A stretch of 63,533 nucleotides of DNA, filler included, from Octopus bimaculoides (lineage: Eukaryota), in the NCBI RefSeq assembly GCF_001194135.2. It is 6 parts of 6 records of this genome, joined end to end, with 100 filler letters (N's around TTAATTAATTAA, not from the genome) between each part and the next. Parts side by side here need not be neighbours in the genome. Positions count along the whole stretch, not along the records: positions 15,913 to 28,918 come from NC_068990.1; positions 29,019 to 57,072 come from NC_068983.1; 4 more parts are not named here. One strand, written 5' to 3'. Shown here one piece after another: positions 22,851-37,260 of this stretch. Position 1 is the first letter of the stretch. Every line of letters begins with the position of its first letter. The position numbers and the translations under genes were made by a program. The notes beneath the pieces were generated by a model, which ran no database searches, was not told where the DNA came from, and worked only from the letters and a program-made list of their open reading frames with translations.

Positions 22851-25361
22851 TCCAATGAGAAAAAAAAAAGAGAGAGAAGTTAAAATAAAAGATATTCTTG
22901 TAATGCCCCCTTTATCCACGTCCCTGTGGATAATAAAAGGAGTCATCATTATCGAATCCCCGGACGAAATGCCGCTAAACATTCTATCCTTTCTTAATTT
23001 ATGAGTNNNNNNNNNNNNNNNNNNNNNNNNNNNNNNNNNNNNNNNNNNNNNNNNNNNNNNNNNNNNNNNNNNNNNNNNNNNNNNNNNNNNNNNNNNNNNN
23101 NNNNNNNNNNNNNNNNNNNNNNNNNNNNNNNNNNNNNNNNNNNNNNNNNNNNNNNNNNNNNNNNNNNNNNNNNNNNNNNNNNNNNNNNNNNNNNNNNNNN
23201 NNNNNNNNNNNNNNNNNNNNNNNNNNNNNNNNNNNNNNNNNNNNNNNNNNNNNNNNNNNNNNNNNNNNNNNNNNNNNNNNNNNNNNNNNNNNNNNNNNNN
23301 NNNNNNNNNNNNNNNNNNNNNNNNNNNNNNNNNNNNNNNNNNNNNNNNNNNNNNNNNNNNNNNNNNNNNNNNNNNNNNNNNNNNNNNNNNNNNNNNNNNN
23401 NNNNNNNNNNNNNNNNNNNNNNNNNNNNNNNNNNNNNNNNNNNNNNNNNNNNNNNNNNNNNNNNNNNNNNNNNNNNNNNNNNNNNNNNNNNNNNNNNNNN
23501 NNNNNNNNNNNNNNNNNNNNNNNNNNNNNNNNNNNNNNNNNNNNNNNNNNNNNNNNNNNNNNNNNNNNNNNNNNNNNNNNNNNNNNNNNNNNNNNNNNNT
23601 ATAAGGAAGGGTTGCCGGTGGTGGTGGTGGTGGCGGTGGTGGTGGCGGCGGCGAGTATTGGCGTGAGTGACGGAGTGGCGAAGGATTGGCAGCGATGTGG
23701 GTAGGAGAATGTAGGACACTGAAACTTGATATGAAGCACAATGTTCTCATAAACTCTAAAATATCACGAAGCATATGGATAGTGCACATACACACACCCA
23801 CACACCCACACATACACATACATGGACACAGGCGCATACACACGCGCGCAACATACACATGCAGGCACACACACACACACACACACACATGACATACAGT
23901 CACCCACGCTCCAACTAGTCACATACACACTTATGAAGGCTCTATCAGTGATGTAAATAATGTAGATATGCACACAGATCACAAATACGTACACACACAC
24001 ACACACACACACACACGCGCGCACGCATAGACACACACACACATACGTACACAGACACACACACATTCCTTGCTCCAGATTCGTAGCAGAGTTATGCAGA
24101 TTGACCCGGAAGTCGGCATCCTCCTATAATTTGTTTAGCCTGCTGTTATAGATTGCTATCTCATCAGTATGTTGTTATCGCGACACGGCCCTGTGCAGAA
24201 GATGGAGAAGAAGATACCTCGGCGTCTCGGCGCCCTTCCGCGTTGGCCGCTGGCGGTGGGAGCACTGAGAGGGCTGCGATTCTGTTAGTCTGAGCATCAT
24301 CGAAGCCCCACTCGGCATAATCGTGGAAACAGCAACAACCATGGTCGTGCACCTCGACCATCTCAGAAGCTGTTTATCGCTATTCCTTCCTCTGTTTTTC
24401 TCGTCTTCTTCGTCTGAGCAGGAGACCCTAAAAAATGGGGNNNNNNNNNNNNNNNNNNNNNNNNNNNNNNNNNNNNNNNNNNNNNNNNNNNNNNNNNNNN
24501 NNNNNNNNNNNNNNNNNNNNNNNNNNNNNNNNNNNNNNNNNNNNNNNNNNNNNNNNNNNNNNNNNNNNNNNNNNNNNNNNNNNNNNNNNNNNNNNNNNNN
24601 NNNNNNNNNNNNNNNNNNNNNNNNNNNNNNNNNNNNNNNNNNNNNNNNNNNNNNNNNNNNNNNNNNNNNNNNNNNNNNNNNNNNNNNNNNNNNNNNNNNN
24701 NNNNNNNNNNNNNNNNNNNNNNNNNNNNNNNNNNNNNNNNNNNNNNNNNNNNNNNNNNNNNNNNNNNNNNNNNNNNNNNNNNNNNNNNNNNNNNNNNNNN
24801 NNNNNNNNNNNNNNNNNNNNNNNNNNNNNNNNNNNNNNNNNNNNNNNNNNNNNNNNNNNNNNNNNNNNNNNNNNNNNNNNNNNNNNNNNNNNNNNNNNNN
24901 NNNNNNNNNNNNNNNNNNNNNNNNNNNNNNNNNNNNNNNNNNNNNNNNNNNNNNNNNNNNNNNNNNNNNNNNNNNNNNNNNNNNNNNNNNNNNNNNNNNN
25001 NNNNNNNNNNNNNNNNNNNNNNNNNNNNNNNNNNNNNNNNNNNNNNNNNNNNNNNNNNNNNNNNNNNNNNNNNNNNNNNNNNNNNNNNNNNNNNNNNNNN
25101 NNNNNNNNNNNNNNNNNNNNNNNNNNNNNNNNNNNNNNNNNNNNNNNNNNNNNNNNNNNNNNNNNNNNNNNNNNNNNNNNNNNNNNNNNNNNNNNNNNNN
25201 NNNNNNNNNNNNNNNNNNNNNNNNNNNNNNNNNNNNNNNNNNNNNNNNNNNAACATTCATGAAAGCTGTATCCATGACAAAAAGTGGATATCATTCGCAA
25301 AAGGCTTTCCATACATGGGTGAGGATTACTTCGAGATACATGTATCTAAAATAAAACTCGG

Positions 25362-25685
25362 GTACCCCTTCAGTTTCCCTTGTGTACTCCTCCAATTTCT
25401 CTTGCGTACCCCTCCAATTTCTCTTGCGTACCCCTTCAATTTCTCTTGCGTACCCCTTCAATTTCTCTTGCGTACCCCTTCAATTTCTCTTGTGTACCAC
25501 TCCAATTTCTCTTGCGTACCCCTTCAATTTCTTTTGCGTACCACTCCAATTTCTCTTGCGTACCCCTTCAATTTCTCTTGCGTACCACTCCAATTTCTCT
25601 TGCGTACCCCTTCAATTTCTCTTCAATGTCCCTTGCGTACCCCTTCAATATCTCTTGCGTACCCCTTCGCTTCCCCTTGCGTACT
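25362..25685. repeat. 21-22 bp minisatellite (about 15 units of ccccttcaatttctcttgcgta)
   Basis: Directly visible head-to-tail units with a ccactcc/cccttc variant pattern and no unique spacers. Confidence 0.95.
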
Positions 25686-26411
25686 TCGGTTCAAGAATCT
25701 GCTCCGGAGTTATCTATAATTCGAACGCCAACTCCCCGGTTACCATCGATGAGGTTGTCAGTTAGGTAGCACATCCAATAGAAACAACAACAACGATAGC
25801 AACAGGTGTAGCAACAAACTGCATCAGTATCGATAGCAACAGAATCCTTAACAACAACAATTCTATCAGATGTAGCAATTTAAGTGAAACAACAACAACA
25901 GCAGCAACAACAACAGCAACAACAACAACGACGACTGCAAGAAGTAAAAAGTGAACGATAAACCTTTAATACCGAAAATTATGGCGATTAGCTGAGAGAA
26001 TCGTTAACACGCCGGACAAAATGCTTAGCGGCGTTTCGTCCGTCTTTACGTTCTGACTTCAAATGCTGTAGAGTTTGACTTGGCCTTTCATGTTTTGAGG
26101 ATCGATAAAATAAGGACTGGGTATGAAGAGGGCTCGATGGAATCGTTTAACTCCCCCTCTCTCTCTCTCTATCTCTCTCTCTCTATCTATCTCTCTCTCT
26201 CTCTCTCCTCACATTTTCAGGGCTTAGAGTTGAATGGATTGTTAATGTCAAAAACGGTATCGTCTTATAACGGTAATCATCATCATCGTCGCGATCAAGA
26301 TATGTATATCTCTTTCTTGCTTTCTGTCTCTCTTTCTGTATGTATGTATGTATGTATGTATTATGCATGTGTATATGCATGTATATGTGNNNNNNNNNNC
26401 ATGTGTATGTA

Positions 26412-26457
<46 letters not shown>

Positions 26458-26571
26458 TACACGCACACAGAGATGCAGACAAAGTTTCAGAAAAAGCGAG
26501 AGAGAAGGAACAGATATATAGGTATGTATGTACGTCTGTATATATTTAAGTATTTGTGAGTGTGCGTGTAT

Positions 26572-26606
<35 letters not shown>

Positions 26607-26742
26607 AACGTACACACACACCCTCATAAAGAGACAAACATACAAACAGAAGAAAGAAAAAGCCAACGTCCTTATTCAATGCCACAGATTATTAACGTTG
26701 CGCATCCCACAAGTACTTCCCACAACACCTACAACTACATTT

Positions 26743-26779
<37 letters not shown>

Positions 26780-27436
26780 TGATTCTATTCCAAACCCACG
26801 TCTCCTAAAACTCCTCCTCCTCCTCCTACTCTCGTAAACTGGGCAACGGATTCAGTGTGTCACCCAAAATAGGCCTCGGCGATATTTTCGTCCCGTCCAG
26901 CTGGGGGAAACACATACGCCATAGAAACCGAGAAACCGGGCCCATGAGCCTGGCTAGGCTTTAAAAAGGGCGCATAAATAAATAATAACTAACAATAAGC
27001 CACAGAGGGATTAGAACTCACAACACAAAGAACTAGAAGAACCACTAAACATGGTTCAGTTTGATAATTCCGCCGGCCAGCCACATCGACACCTGAAGAA
27101 TGAAAAACAAAGTTGAGCTCAGCAAGATTTGAACTCAGAACATCCTGAGCAAATACCTATAAATATTCTGTCTGATGCTCTCACAATTTCGCCAGTCAAC
27201 TGCTCTCGGTTGGTACTTTATTTATCGACTCCAGAAGGATAGAAAGCAAAGATGACCTCGGCGGGATTTGAACTCGGACTGCGAAGCACTTAATTGAAAA
27301 AATTGCAAGGCGTTTGGTCGTCTTTGAAACATCCATGAACATCATAGATTCACATCTCTCTAAATATTCGTATGTCGGATGAATGCAGCTGTGCATAGCT
27401 ATGTGTAGATGTGTGTGTGTGTGTGTGTGTGTGTGA

Positions 27437-27474
<38 letters not shown>

Positions 27475-27509
27475 ATGTATGTATCTGTGTNNNNNNNNNN
27501 TGTGTGTGA

Positions 27510-27547
<38 letters not shown>

Positions 27548-27710
27548 ATGTATGTATCTGTGTGTCGCCGTGTGCAGATGTATGTAGTTGTATGAATGCG
27601 TAGTTATGTATGTGTGTTCGTGTGTGTGTGCGTGTGTGTGTGTGATATGTGTGTCTGAGTTTGTGTAAATGTGTAGATATTCGTCCGTTCGATGTGTACA
27701 CATTTCTCCT

Positions 27711-27746
<36 letters not shown>

Positions 27747-28300
27747 ATGTGTGTGTGCATGTGTGTGTGTTCTTCAACAGCGCTTCCTTCTGCTGTTGCT
27801 CCACCTCTTCCCATCCCCTTCCGCCTCCTCCTCTCCCTCCACTTCATCCTCTTTCTCCTCCTCCTCCTCCTCTTCCTCCACCGCCACTCATCTCATACAA
27901 GGAAAATGGAGAAGAATAAAAAAACAAAAAAACAAAAAAGAACAGAAAAACGAACGAAAGAGCAGGGTTATAAAATTCATAAGAAAGACAACAATAAACA
28001 CAACAAGAACAACAACAACAACACCAGTAAGAACAACAAACATCACAACAGCAACAAAAATAACAACAAAAACAATGAAAGGCAGAAACCTAACAACGGC
28101 AAGAGAGACAGCCAAGTACAATGCGAGGAACCAGCATGAGAGTGAGGTCATTGAGTGCATTAAGGAAGCGCGAGGGGAAGGGAGAGGAGGAGGTGTGACA
28201 CTAAATGGTGCGCGCGTGCGTGTGTGTGTGTGTGAGCGTGTGTCTCTCATTTACGTGCACTTCTGTATTGTATGAGTATGTATCTGTACGTATGTATGTG

Positions 28301-28331
<31 letters not shown>

Positions 28332-29020
28332 TTGTATGTATGTATGTGTGTATGTACGTATGTATGTATGTATGCATGTATGTATGTATATACGTATGTG
28401 TGTATGTATGTATGTATGTATGTATGTAAGTACTGTATGTCTGTATAAATATGTGTGTATAAATAACCGAGAATACAATCATAACACATATTATATACAC
28501 ACGCGAAAATATACATATGGATACATACATGCACACACACACACATAGATATATATACATATATACATACACACATACATACATACATATATATATATAT
28601 ACATATACATATGTATATATATATATATATATAGTGCATGCTTACATAGATGCATACAAATACACACACATAGGTACATGCATGTATGCATATATATATA
28701 TACTTCTATTCATACATGCATATATATACATACATATACACACATAGGTGTGTGTATTTAAGTGTAAACAAGAGGAAGAAAAGTATGTACTCAATATTGA
28801 AATACGAGTGATATCATTTATGGCAAACTGAATATTCATCTGTGTATACAGATATTAGCATATACGTCCATGTATATGTATATGTATGTATATACATATA
28901 TATATATATATATATATANNNNNNNNNNNNNNNNNNNNNNNNNNNNNNNNNNNNNNNNNNNNTTAATTAATTAANNNNNNNNNNNNNNNNNNNNNNNNNN
29001 NNNNNNNNNNNNNNNNNNTA

Positions 29021-29051
<31 letters not shown>

Positions 29052-29068
29052 TATTATTATTATTATTA

Positions 29069-29166
<98 letters not shown>

Positions 29167-29229
29167 GCCTTTGCACAGGTTCTAACGCTGGAGATGTATT
29201 ACAGAGTCAGCTGTTCACTATCAGTGAAC

Positions 29230-29730
29230 TAAGGTAACGCCTCTCATTTTTTTAGCACCTTCCGGAGTATTCAAGCGGTTCCAAGAGCCTTTCTTAGTTT
29301 TCGCAAGTGTGGATTTTGTGAGATTATTAGCGACTAGGAGAGCATTGTTGAGGTAGACACAGCCATGGATTGTTGAAGAGAATAAGCGAAATTGTTGAAG
29401 GAGCTATAGACCAAACAGGTCTGTAAGCTGGGCCAAGTCAGAGGAGACCCTCGTTATGTCAAAAAAGTCATTGTTAGATGTCCAAGATCAGAGCTTGTCG
29501 TTGAAGCTGAGTCTTTCAAGCGGTTAGTGTAATACTAACTTCTAAGAGGGTAATACCAGCAAGTTTTCTAGCGAGGATGATGGCCTTGTTAAGTAAGATA
29601 GAAGAGATAGAAACATAGTAGTTATTAATGTCAAATTGGAGGAATGAGGAGATGCTTTTATTTTTGAGAAGATGAAACTTCATTTGTGCCTGACCAATGG
29701 TCAAGTTGGTCAATCATTATTAGCTTGACA
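29230..29730 (-). mobile_element. Penelope-like element reverse-transcriptase remnant
   Basis: SFLQFDINNYYVSISSILLNKAI (RT motif 3 region) followed in shifted frames by NNDFFDIT..SSD.AQ.TDL.GL, resembling the FDVTMGSxDGAExCELVG motif of one PLE subgroup. Confidence 0.65.
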
Positions 29731-31629
29731 AATAACATACGCCATTTCACCTTTCCTATTTCTGAACCATTCCTTGTCACACCATTGTCTTAATATGTAT
29801 ATTCAAGGGCTACATTAGTAAGGCGCTCGCTACTACAAGTTTAACAAAAAAACATGTTTTCCTCTTCTTTGAACCCCTTCCTCTTCCACTTTTTTTAGTA
29901 TGTATATATCAGGGCTACCGTTGTTAAGATATACAAGCGCGCGCGCGCGTGTATGAACACACACATCGTCCCGTCTCTATTGATTAATATACATCTGATC
30001 TTACTCTGGTTCTGCTTAGACTTTTCTTCGCATTGCAATATGTTTCTTCACTCGACATGCGTTCTTCTCGGTCTTTATCTCACGTTGGAATATATTTCTC
30101 AACCTAAACTTGTTTTCCGATCTTAGGAATGGATTTGTTAACATATACACTTATACTATTGATCAGCCTTAATTTTTCACCTGCTGAACTAAAACACTTG
30201 CGTACAGGTCTATTAATGAACTTATAAGACTTCATTCACTTCTTTAATTCTGTAATCATGGAATTACATAATACAGTTACCTCTCATTAGCACTGATAAC
30301 TATGTATATCCTTAATTAAGTATCTGTCTTTCTGCATCGCTTCACCTCTCTGCTGACGACATACTTGGATCACGTGAATTCGTTACGCGTTAACATGACC
30401 CACTTGCTCAGGTATTCCATAAACAGCTGTAAGAGGCTCTGCTTATTGACCATAACTGTTCTATACTTTGTATTTTTGTAATTTATTATGAAGTAAGTAT
30501 CCTTGAATAACACCAGATGTTTTGCTTGTCCGTCTTTCATTTTTGATCTATATACATACATGCATACAAACACACATAAGTGTGGGGATGGAATGTTGAT
30601 ATGTTCTAATTTTTCAGAAAATGTAAACGCATTTAAAGGGATGGAAAATTCTAACTTTGTGAATTATCTCATTATTCGCCTGTTCGTCAGAAATATATGA
30701 AAATTCATACAATATTTCTGTTGACATATTGAAACATTGAACACTCTTAATGTACTGAAGAAGTGAAATGTCTCTTGTACAACACCAACTTTCTCACTAA
30801 GTAATTCTTTCCCGATCTCTGGCGCGCTTCACTTGCCTTGTTGATTATCTGTAAAATAATATGAAGTAAGTGATTGTAACAAGATGCACGGTAAAAGCCT
30901 TATGTTAAATGTCAATATAATAGCACTAGAATTCTATAGCCGAGTGGTTGGAGGTTAATAGCATCTCTCTATCCACTACTGAAAAATCTAGAAAATATAT
31001 GAATTGACAATAAGATCTTCGGACTCTAAAATCATGACATTGTTTCTGAGTTGTAAGAAAAATACAATGACGAAGCAGACCATTCGTTTCAAAATGAAAA
31101 TAAAACATTTTAAGAGCGTGATGGAAGAAAGATGCGTACCGCGCAAAACAGGAAATCGTGGTGGGAAAAGAACAGAGAATGAATGACAGATTCGAAGAAA
31201 TATCTTTCTGAGCGAATTCCAATATAACCAGTAATACCAATATAATCGATTGGAATTATTGATACGAACTACTTTAAAATGTTTCTCATTCTTTACAAAT
31301 AACGAACGAGTCATACGAATGATATGTACCCGAGACTTCTATGTAGCCTGTCATTCATTTCTTATCAGGTGAATGATTGTACTTGACTGCACCGAATAGT
31401 CTCCCTTTTAATTTCATGATCTCTTTCCAGAAAGTCGATGTTGTGATTCAGTTTAACTGCTGTTTAAAACAACTGCAGCTTTCCTGTCGATTTAAATTTA
31501 ATTTCACTATTTGGGTTGATATATTTTGACACTGAGTTACATGGGAAATATTTGTAGGCACACACACACAAACACACACACACACACACACGTAGGTGTA
31601 TGAGTGTGTTTATATATANNNNNNNNNNT

Positions 31630-32180
31630 TAGCTGCGGAACTCGAAGCGACCCAATGAAGCTACACAGAAAATTGTCTCAGTGCAACATAACAGCTACCG
31701 AGAAAGGCTCAAAGAGTTAAACCTCTTCTCCCGAGAACGAACGCAGGAAAGATATGCAGCGATATACATCTGGAAAATCCTGGAAGGCCTCGTACTAAAC
31801 TTTGGCATCGTAAGTTACGCAAACAGCAGAACGAGGCGCTACAGTATAGTGCCAAAGATCGCAGCGTCGCCATCAAAATACAGGATCAGATACTGCAACA
31901 GCTTCAGTTTCAAGGGCCCACAACTCTTCAATATCTTTTCAAAATGCCTGAGAGACCTGCATAGCGTGGATGTATGTCTATTCAAATCAAAACCAGATCG
32001 CCTCCTGTCAAGGCTTCCAGATGAGCAGAAAACACAGATGAGGGTAGCAGCCACAATCTCCCACATTCGCCAAATGCCGCATATCAGAGGAGGTTCCAAA
32101 TAATGGTGTAGCGCAGCCGACGGTGGTGCCCCAGCATGACCTTCCTGTTGAGGATTGACGCAAGAGAAGATGAATTGGAT
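31630..32180 (+). mobile_element. CR1-clade LINE 3' end with 3' UTR
   Basis: ORF 31681-32103: SYRERLKELNLFSRERTQERYAAIYIWKILEGL..CNSFSFKGPQLFN..LPDE; homologous to 14900-15150. Confidence 0.85.
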
Positions 32181-32453
32181 TTCCGATACCACTCATACGT
32201 GATAGATTATCTGACTATCTTAGCTATATTTTGGTGAGTATGGCTTCAATACTTGATATGAATTTTGTTAGCGCGTCACTGTTACTTATATGGTCACTCA
32301 GAGATATTACTTGCATAAATATACATGTATGTGTGCGTGTGTGCATACACATATGTACATTGATTAACTTCTAGATCCAAATGCATGGAAATACAAACTC
32401 ATAACTAATACATGTTCGTTTGTGTGTACATATGTGAGTAAATGCATGCCTAT

Positions 32454-32525
<72 letters not shown>

Positions 32526-33558
32526 TTACATATATATCTGCGCATATACATATATATGTACACATATGCATCGCCCTCTCTATATAAGAACACATTATAT
32601 ATATATATATGTGTGTATGTATGTGTGTAATATGCATGCATACAAACATTCATATGCACACATATACCTATGCAAGTGCACTTGGTAATCCACATGGAAG
32701 CACAGGTATACTCACACATACGCATGCGCACATACACCCCTATATGTGTAAACTTGATAGAAATTCACGGGTAATTTATTACAGTTAAAAAGAAACGAGA
32801 GAAAATATCTTTTTTTTAAATTAATTTTTGACATTAACCATCGGTTGCTTCCTCGCTAATGTCTCCTTTTGTGCCTTATGTTAATCTCTAAAAATCATTA
32901 CTTCAGTTCTGCCGCCTATATTACCTCTGTTCTCTGAGAACGAGTTATGTATTTTGTCCATCTTCACACTTTACACACAACATTTGCATTCTGTTCCTCC
33001 TATATAGCTTTTCACCCCTGATTTTGTTCTTTGGTTTTAGCCTTATACATTTTCCTAAGGATCTATTAAATTTAATAGGTTTTCGCGGTTCATTTGCAAT
33101 CTTCCTTTGTCACTGGTGGCATGGAATTGGGATTCTTTGTGATATACTCAAGAAAGACGCAAATATATTGAATACAGTAGAATAATAGAAACCTACAGGA
33201 TTTCATTCCTTCTTATATTTTTCATCTGTAATCCATTTTCCCCTTTATAGATTTTAAAACAGTCTTATGGTCGGCTAGTGGAAGTATTCCACAGAGACTA
33301 AGTTCCGTCGACAGATTGTCGAAAAAATAAAAAAAAGTTTCCAATGACGAAGGTATTGTAAAACACCTTCTTCGTTGTCTTATTGAATAGGAAACACAAA
33401 CAAGTTTCTAAAATGTCGCCTTTTGGGTGACATTTTCAGAGCCAAGATAAGCTTAGAATATATTCTTTTTAAATACTTTTCTAACTCTACACTTAAGGAA
33501 GCACGCTCGCAGATATATACATGTGTGTATGTGTGGACGAGGGTGCTTGTACTGAGTC

Positions 33559-33592
<34 letters not shown>

Positions 33593-34817
33593 NNNNNNNN
33601 NNNNNNNNNNNNNNNNNNNNNNNNNNNNNNNNNNNNNNNNNNNNNNNNNNNNNNNNNNNNNNNNNNNNNNNNNNNNNNNNNNNNNNNNNNNNNNNNNNNN
33701 NNNNNNNNNNNNNNNNNNNNNNNNNNNNNNNNNNNNNNNNNNNNNNNNNNNNNNNNNNNNNNNNNNNNNNNNNNNNNNNNNNNNNNNNNNNNNNNNNNNN
33801 NNNNNAGGGGATAAAACATATCTGGCTACGAATTCTAGTTACTATATCTTTCATCATTGTTTCATATAAATATTGATTTATTTAAAGGACATGAAAAGAT
33901 AGGCGAAATGAAAGCAAAATGTCCCTCTTCCTACAAATTATGCAATTTCCATGGCTCGGTTTTTTCTTTATTATCCCTAACACATATCACCGATACCTTA
34001 ACATAAGCTATCAAACACTTTAATGTTCATTTCACTTGTTTTACGCGTAATGGTAACTCATTATACACGTTAAATAAATTCTTGTTTTCTGGTCGCAAAT
34101 ATTTTACTGTTGACTTTCTACAGACGATCGTCTTCTCTGAATATATATATTTCCCTTGATAGTAGTTTCATGTATATATGAATCTTTACTTCTAAGGTAC
34201 GCATAAAGAAATTTCAAATAAATAATCTAAACTCTTGCAATTCAAGTAAAGTTTATAGAAAGTATATAAAATACTTGTAAATCCAAAATGGTCTGAGACC
34301 GTCTTAAATATGGCAACTTTATGTCTGGTACTAAACCTATTGTGTAAAGAATTGTTTGATGATAATATTCAGAAATATGATAAATATATTCAGAATTGAT
34401 TTGTCTTTTATATTTCAGGTTTATTTATGCTTTATTTACATATTTTCTTAAAAGTCAATAAAACTTTACTGAAATTGAATATAAATTCATGTGTACAGAA
34501 TGACGCCATTTCTAAATAAACATCTTTTAAACAATATATTTTTTTTATGAAGTTGAACGTGTTTTTAATATAACATATTTTGTCATCTTCCTAACTTTGA
34601 TTATATTATAATTTTAGTTGGTAATAACGAAAACAACTTAAGTACTTCTTTTATAATTTCAGTTTTCTTTTATTATTTCCAGTTATCCCTGTGAACATAG
34701 TTGCAAGTGAAGCTAGGTACCAGTTTCTTGCGCTAAACCACTGCTGATTATTCCTGGTAACATTTAAGGTGAGGTATGTTGTGTAACAGAAAATAGAGTT
34801 ATATATATCGCCGCGAA

Positions 34818-35045
34818 GACGGCGAGCTGGCAGAATCGTCAGCGCGCCGGACGACATGCTGAGCGGTGTTTCGTCTGTCTTTACTTTCTTGTTTCAAATT
34901 CCGCCGAGGTTGACTTTGCCTTTCATCCTTTCGGGGTCGATAAATTAAGTACCATTTACGCTCTGGGGTCGATGTAATCGACTTAATCCCTTTGTCTGTC
35001 CTTGTTTGTCCCCTCTATGTTTAGTCCCTTGTGGGTAATAAAGAA
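34818..35045 (+). mobile_element. Family B SINE
   Basis: Matches other family B copies. Confidence 0.85.
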
Positions 35046-35599
35046 ATAAGAAAATATAGTTATACCAGTAAGGAAAATAGAAAATTGCTTTCTTTTTGTA
35101 ACTGTTGAAGTAGCATTACACAAGTAATTCTCTTTTCCTTGACAAAAGAATCTCTGTTCAAATATGTTATTTAGTCCAAACTTCTTCTTGATGGCCATCT
35201 GTGAGACTCATATACGTAAGGAATATTTTGTTCTTTCTCTTACAGAATATTTGTTCCATTTAAAAAGAACCAATCGAAAAATGCAAGATTAGGAAGATTA
35301 GTTTGTTAATTGTTCATCGAATTCATTAATATCGAGCAGGTTATGCCCAAAGTTGGTCTTCAGAGATTACAGTGAGGGAACATTTCCGAAACAAAATTGT
35401 CTTGCTTTTTAGTCTTGCCTAGTGAGTTCAGAAATATCCTCAGAAATTTTCTATCACGTCAAATATTTTGTTTCAAAGGAATTCACTATTTACCACAAAA
35501 TGTCACGTTTGTCATTAAATGCAACACTGAAAGAAGAAACTAACACAAATCAAATAGTATTTTTATTGTTTAACAAATATATGACACAAAATGATTTAT

Positions 35600-37260
35600 T
35601 ACACAACTTAGATATTTCTGTCAAACTGGAGTTTCAGCTACGCAAACGTTTTCTTTCTTGTTGTGCGTGAATAATTTGCACTACGACACTTTCTTTGCAG
35701 AGAGCAGCAGTTGTAACCCATCATGTTTGTGTTCTGCCTGCGTTGATACCTAGTTTCCAAGGTTTTGATATCTTGATGAAACCCTTCCTGATGCTTATCG
35801 CTCAATGCTCCAAGATTTTCAGAAATATAGTCCAGATGACAGCGCAGAACATTCACTTTTATACACATGATGCAACCCAATGCTCGAAATTGCTGACTCT
35901 GTAAAATTCTTCGTAATCTGACGACTTCTTGTTTCCCAGGAAATCAGNNNNNNNNNNGTAATCTGACGACTTCTTGTTTCCCAGGAAATCAGACACAACG
36001 GTAGCAGAAGCACTCCATGTTTCTTCTTCAACTCGAGATATGGTCTCCAAGATCTGCAACAACAGCCTAACCTGTGGCCCGTCAAACACACCAACCTTAA
36101 TTTTCTTACATGGCAAAGGCCGGAAACTGTCTGCTAAGGAATTTAAAGCAGTCACCATCCTAGTCCAAGACTGATATGCAATGGGGGAAGCAAAACCTTC
36201 CTGGGATCAACCAGCTTCCTGTTTAACACATTTTCTCTGCAGTTTCGAATCCCCTTCTGTCTAGCCATATTTTTTTTCTTATCCCTGTGTCACTTCTTCT
36301 TCGACTGACCCAATGACACAGAAACCAATGACTCGTAGTAAAACCATATTGTAAACTAAGAAGCAATCCAATGATTTTCAAGTCTCCACATATCGTCCAT
36401 TTCTGCATCTCATACCGCATCGTTTCAAGCACTATTTTCATGCAACATACGTTTTCTTTTAGTATTACAGAACATCCTATCAGTAAGGAAGCAAACACAT
36501 TGCCGTTAAGTAGCTTTTGAACTATCTATGAAAAGCCTCCAGTCTTTTGGATAGTATTCACACTCCATGGCAGCCACCAGTTCAATCCTTTAACATCATC
36601 ATTGCAATAAACAAATTCATCATTTATGCTGAAGAACAGAAGCAAATCATTATTGTGATGCCTATAAAAGTTGAACTTGTTTCCCGGTGTAAGTAGGTTC
36701 TTTTCTTTTTAATCGTGATCCAATCTTGATCACGGACCAAATCATTTAACTCTGCCTGTGTAGAAACGTTTTGGCAGGGCCTCCTGTCCCGCAGTTCCAG
36801 GTTACCATATTCCATCTCTTCATTTTCATTATTTCTATCATCAAAAAACGACATAGGGTATGGTAGCGTCAAATCATTCGAGTGTGGCACAAGTTGAATA
36901 GTGGATGCCAGATTTTAATAAACGATGTTGTACTTAGAAGCAGTTATCATGATAATTTTGTGGGTCTCCCTACACCATGAGAATGCTAAAGATTAGGTGA
37001 TTTCCAATGGCACTTTGTGCGCTGCCTCAGCGTTTCAATACATGTTTTTCATACTATATGGGGTGCCTAGGATTTGTCTTAATCACTCTGTTTCTTGCCA
37101 AAGGTAAGCTTTCTTCGTAAAATCTGTGATTTTGTTTCCCTGCCTATTTGAAGTGAAACTTTCACAAATATGTGAGAAAACAACCGGGCCGTTTTGCATA
37201 TTCTTTAAAACTGGCCATATTTCTGAAGTGCAAAATATATATTCAAGCCAGTTGAAATCT
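35600..37260 (-). mobile_element. Chapaev3 (CMC superfamily)-like transposase pseudogene
   Basis: Fragments ITDFTKKAYL, TQAELNDLVRD, WTICGDLKIIGLLLSLQ, KIKVGVFDGPQVR and CHLDYISENLGALSD..GFHQDIKTLETRYQ, in order, match Chapaev3 transposase motifs; many stops and frameshifts. Confidence 0.8.

Noticed and set aside
25362-25685. CRISPR-like array
   Set aside because: Units are contiguous with no unique spacers, there are no cas genes, and the context is eukaryotic.
30926-31314. Hydrophobic minus-strand ORFs as a GPCR or other membrane-protein remnant
   Set aside because: No diagnostic motifs; the composition is explained by AT-rich sequence.
35913-35992. 35-bp direct repeat in the Chapaev3 remnant
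   Set aside because: The two copies flank a 10-N gap; this is typical unmerged contig overlap.
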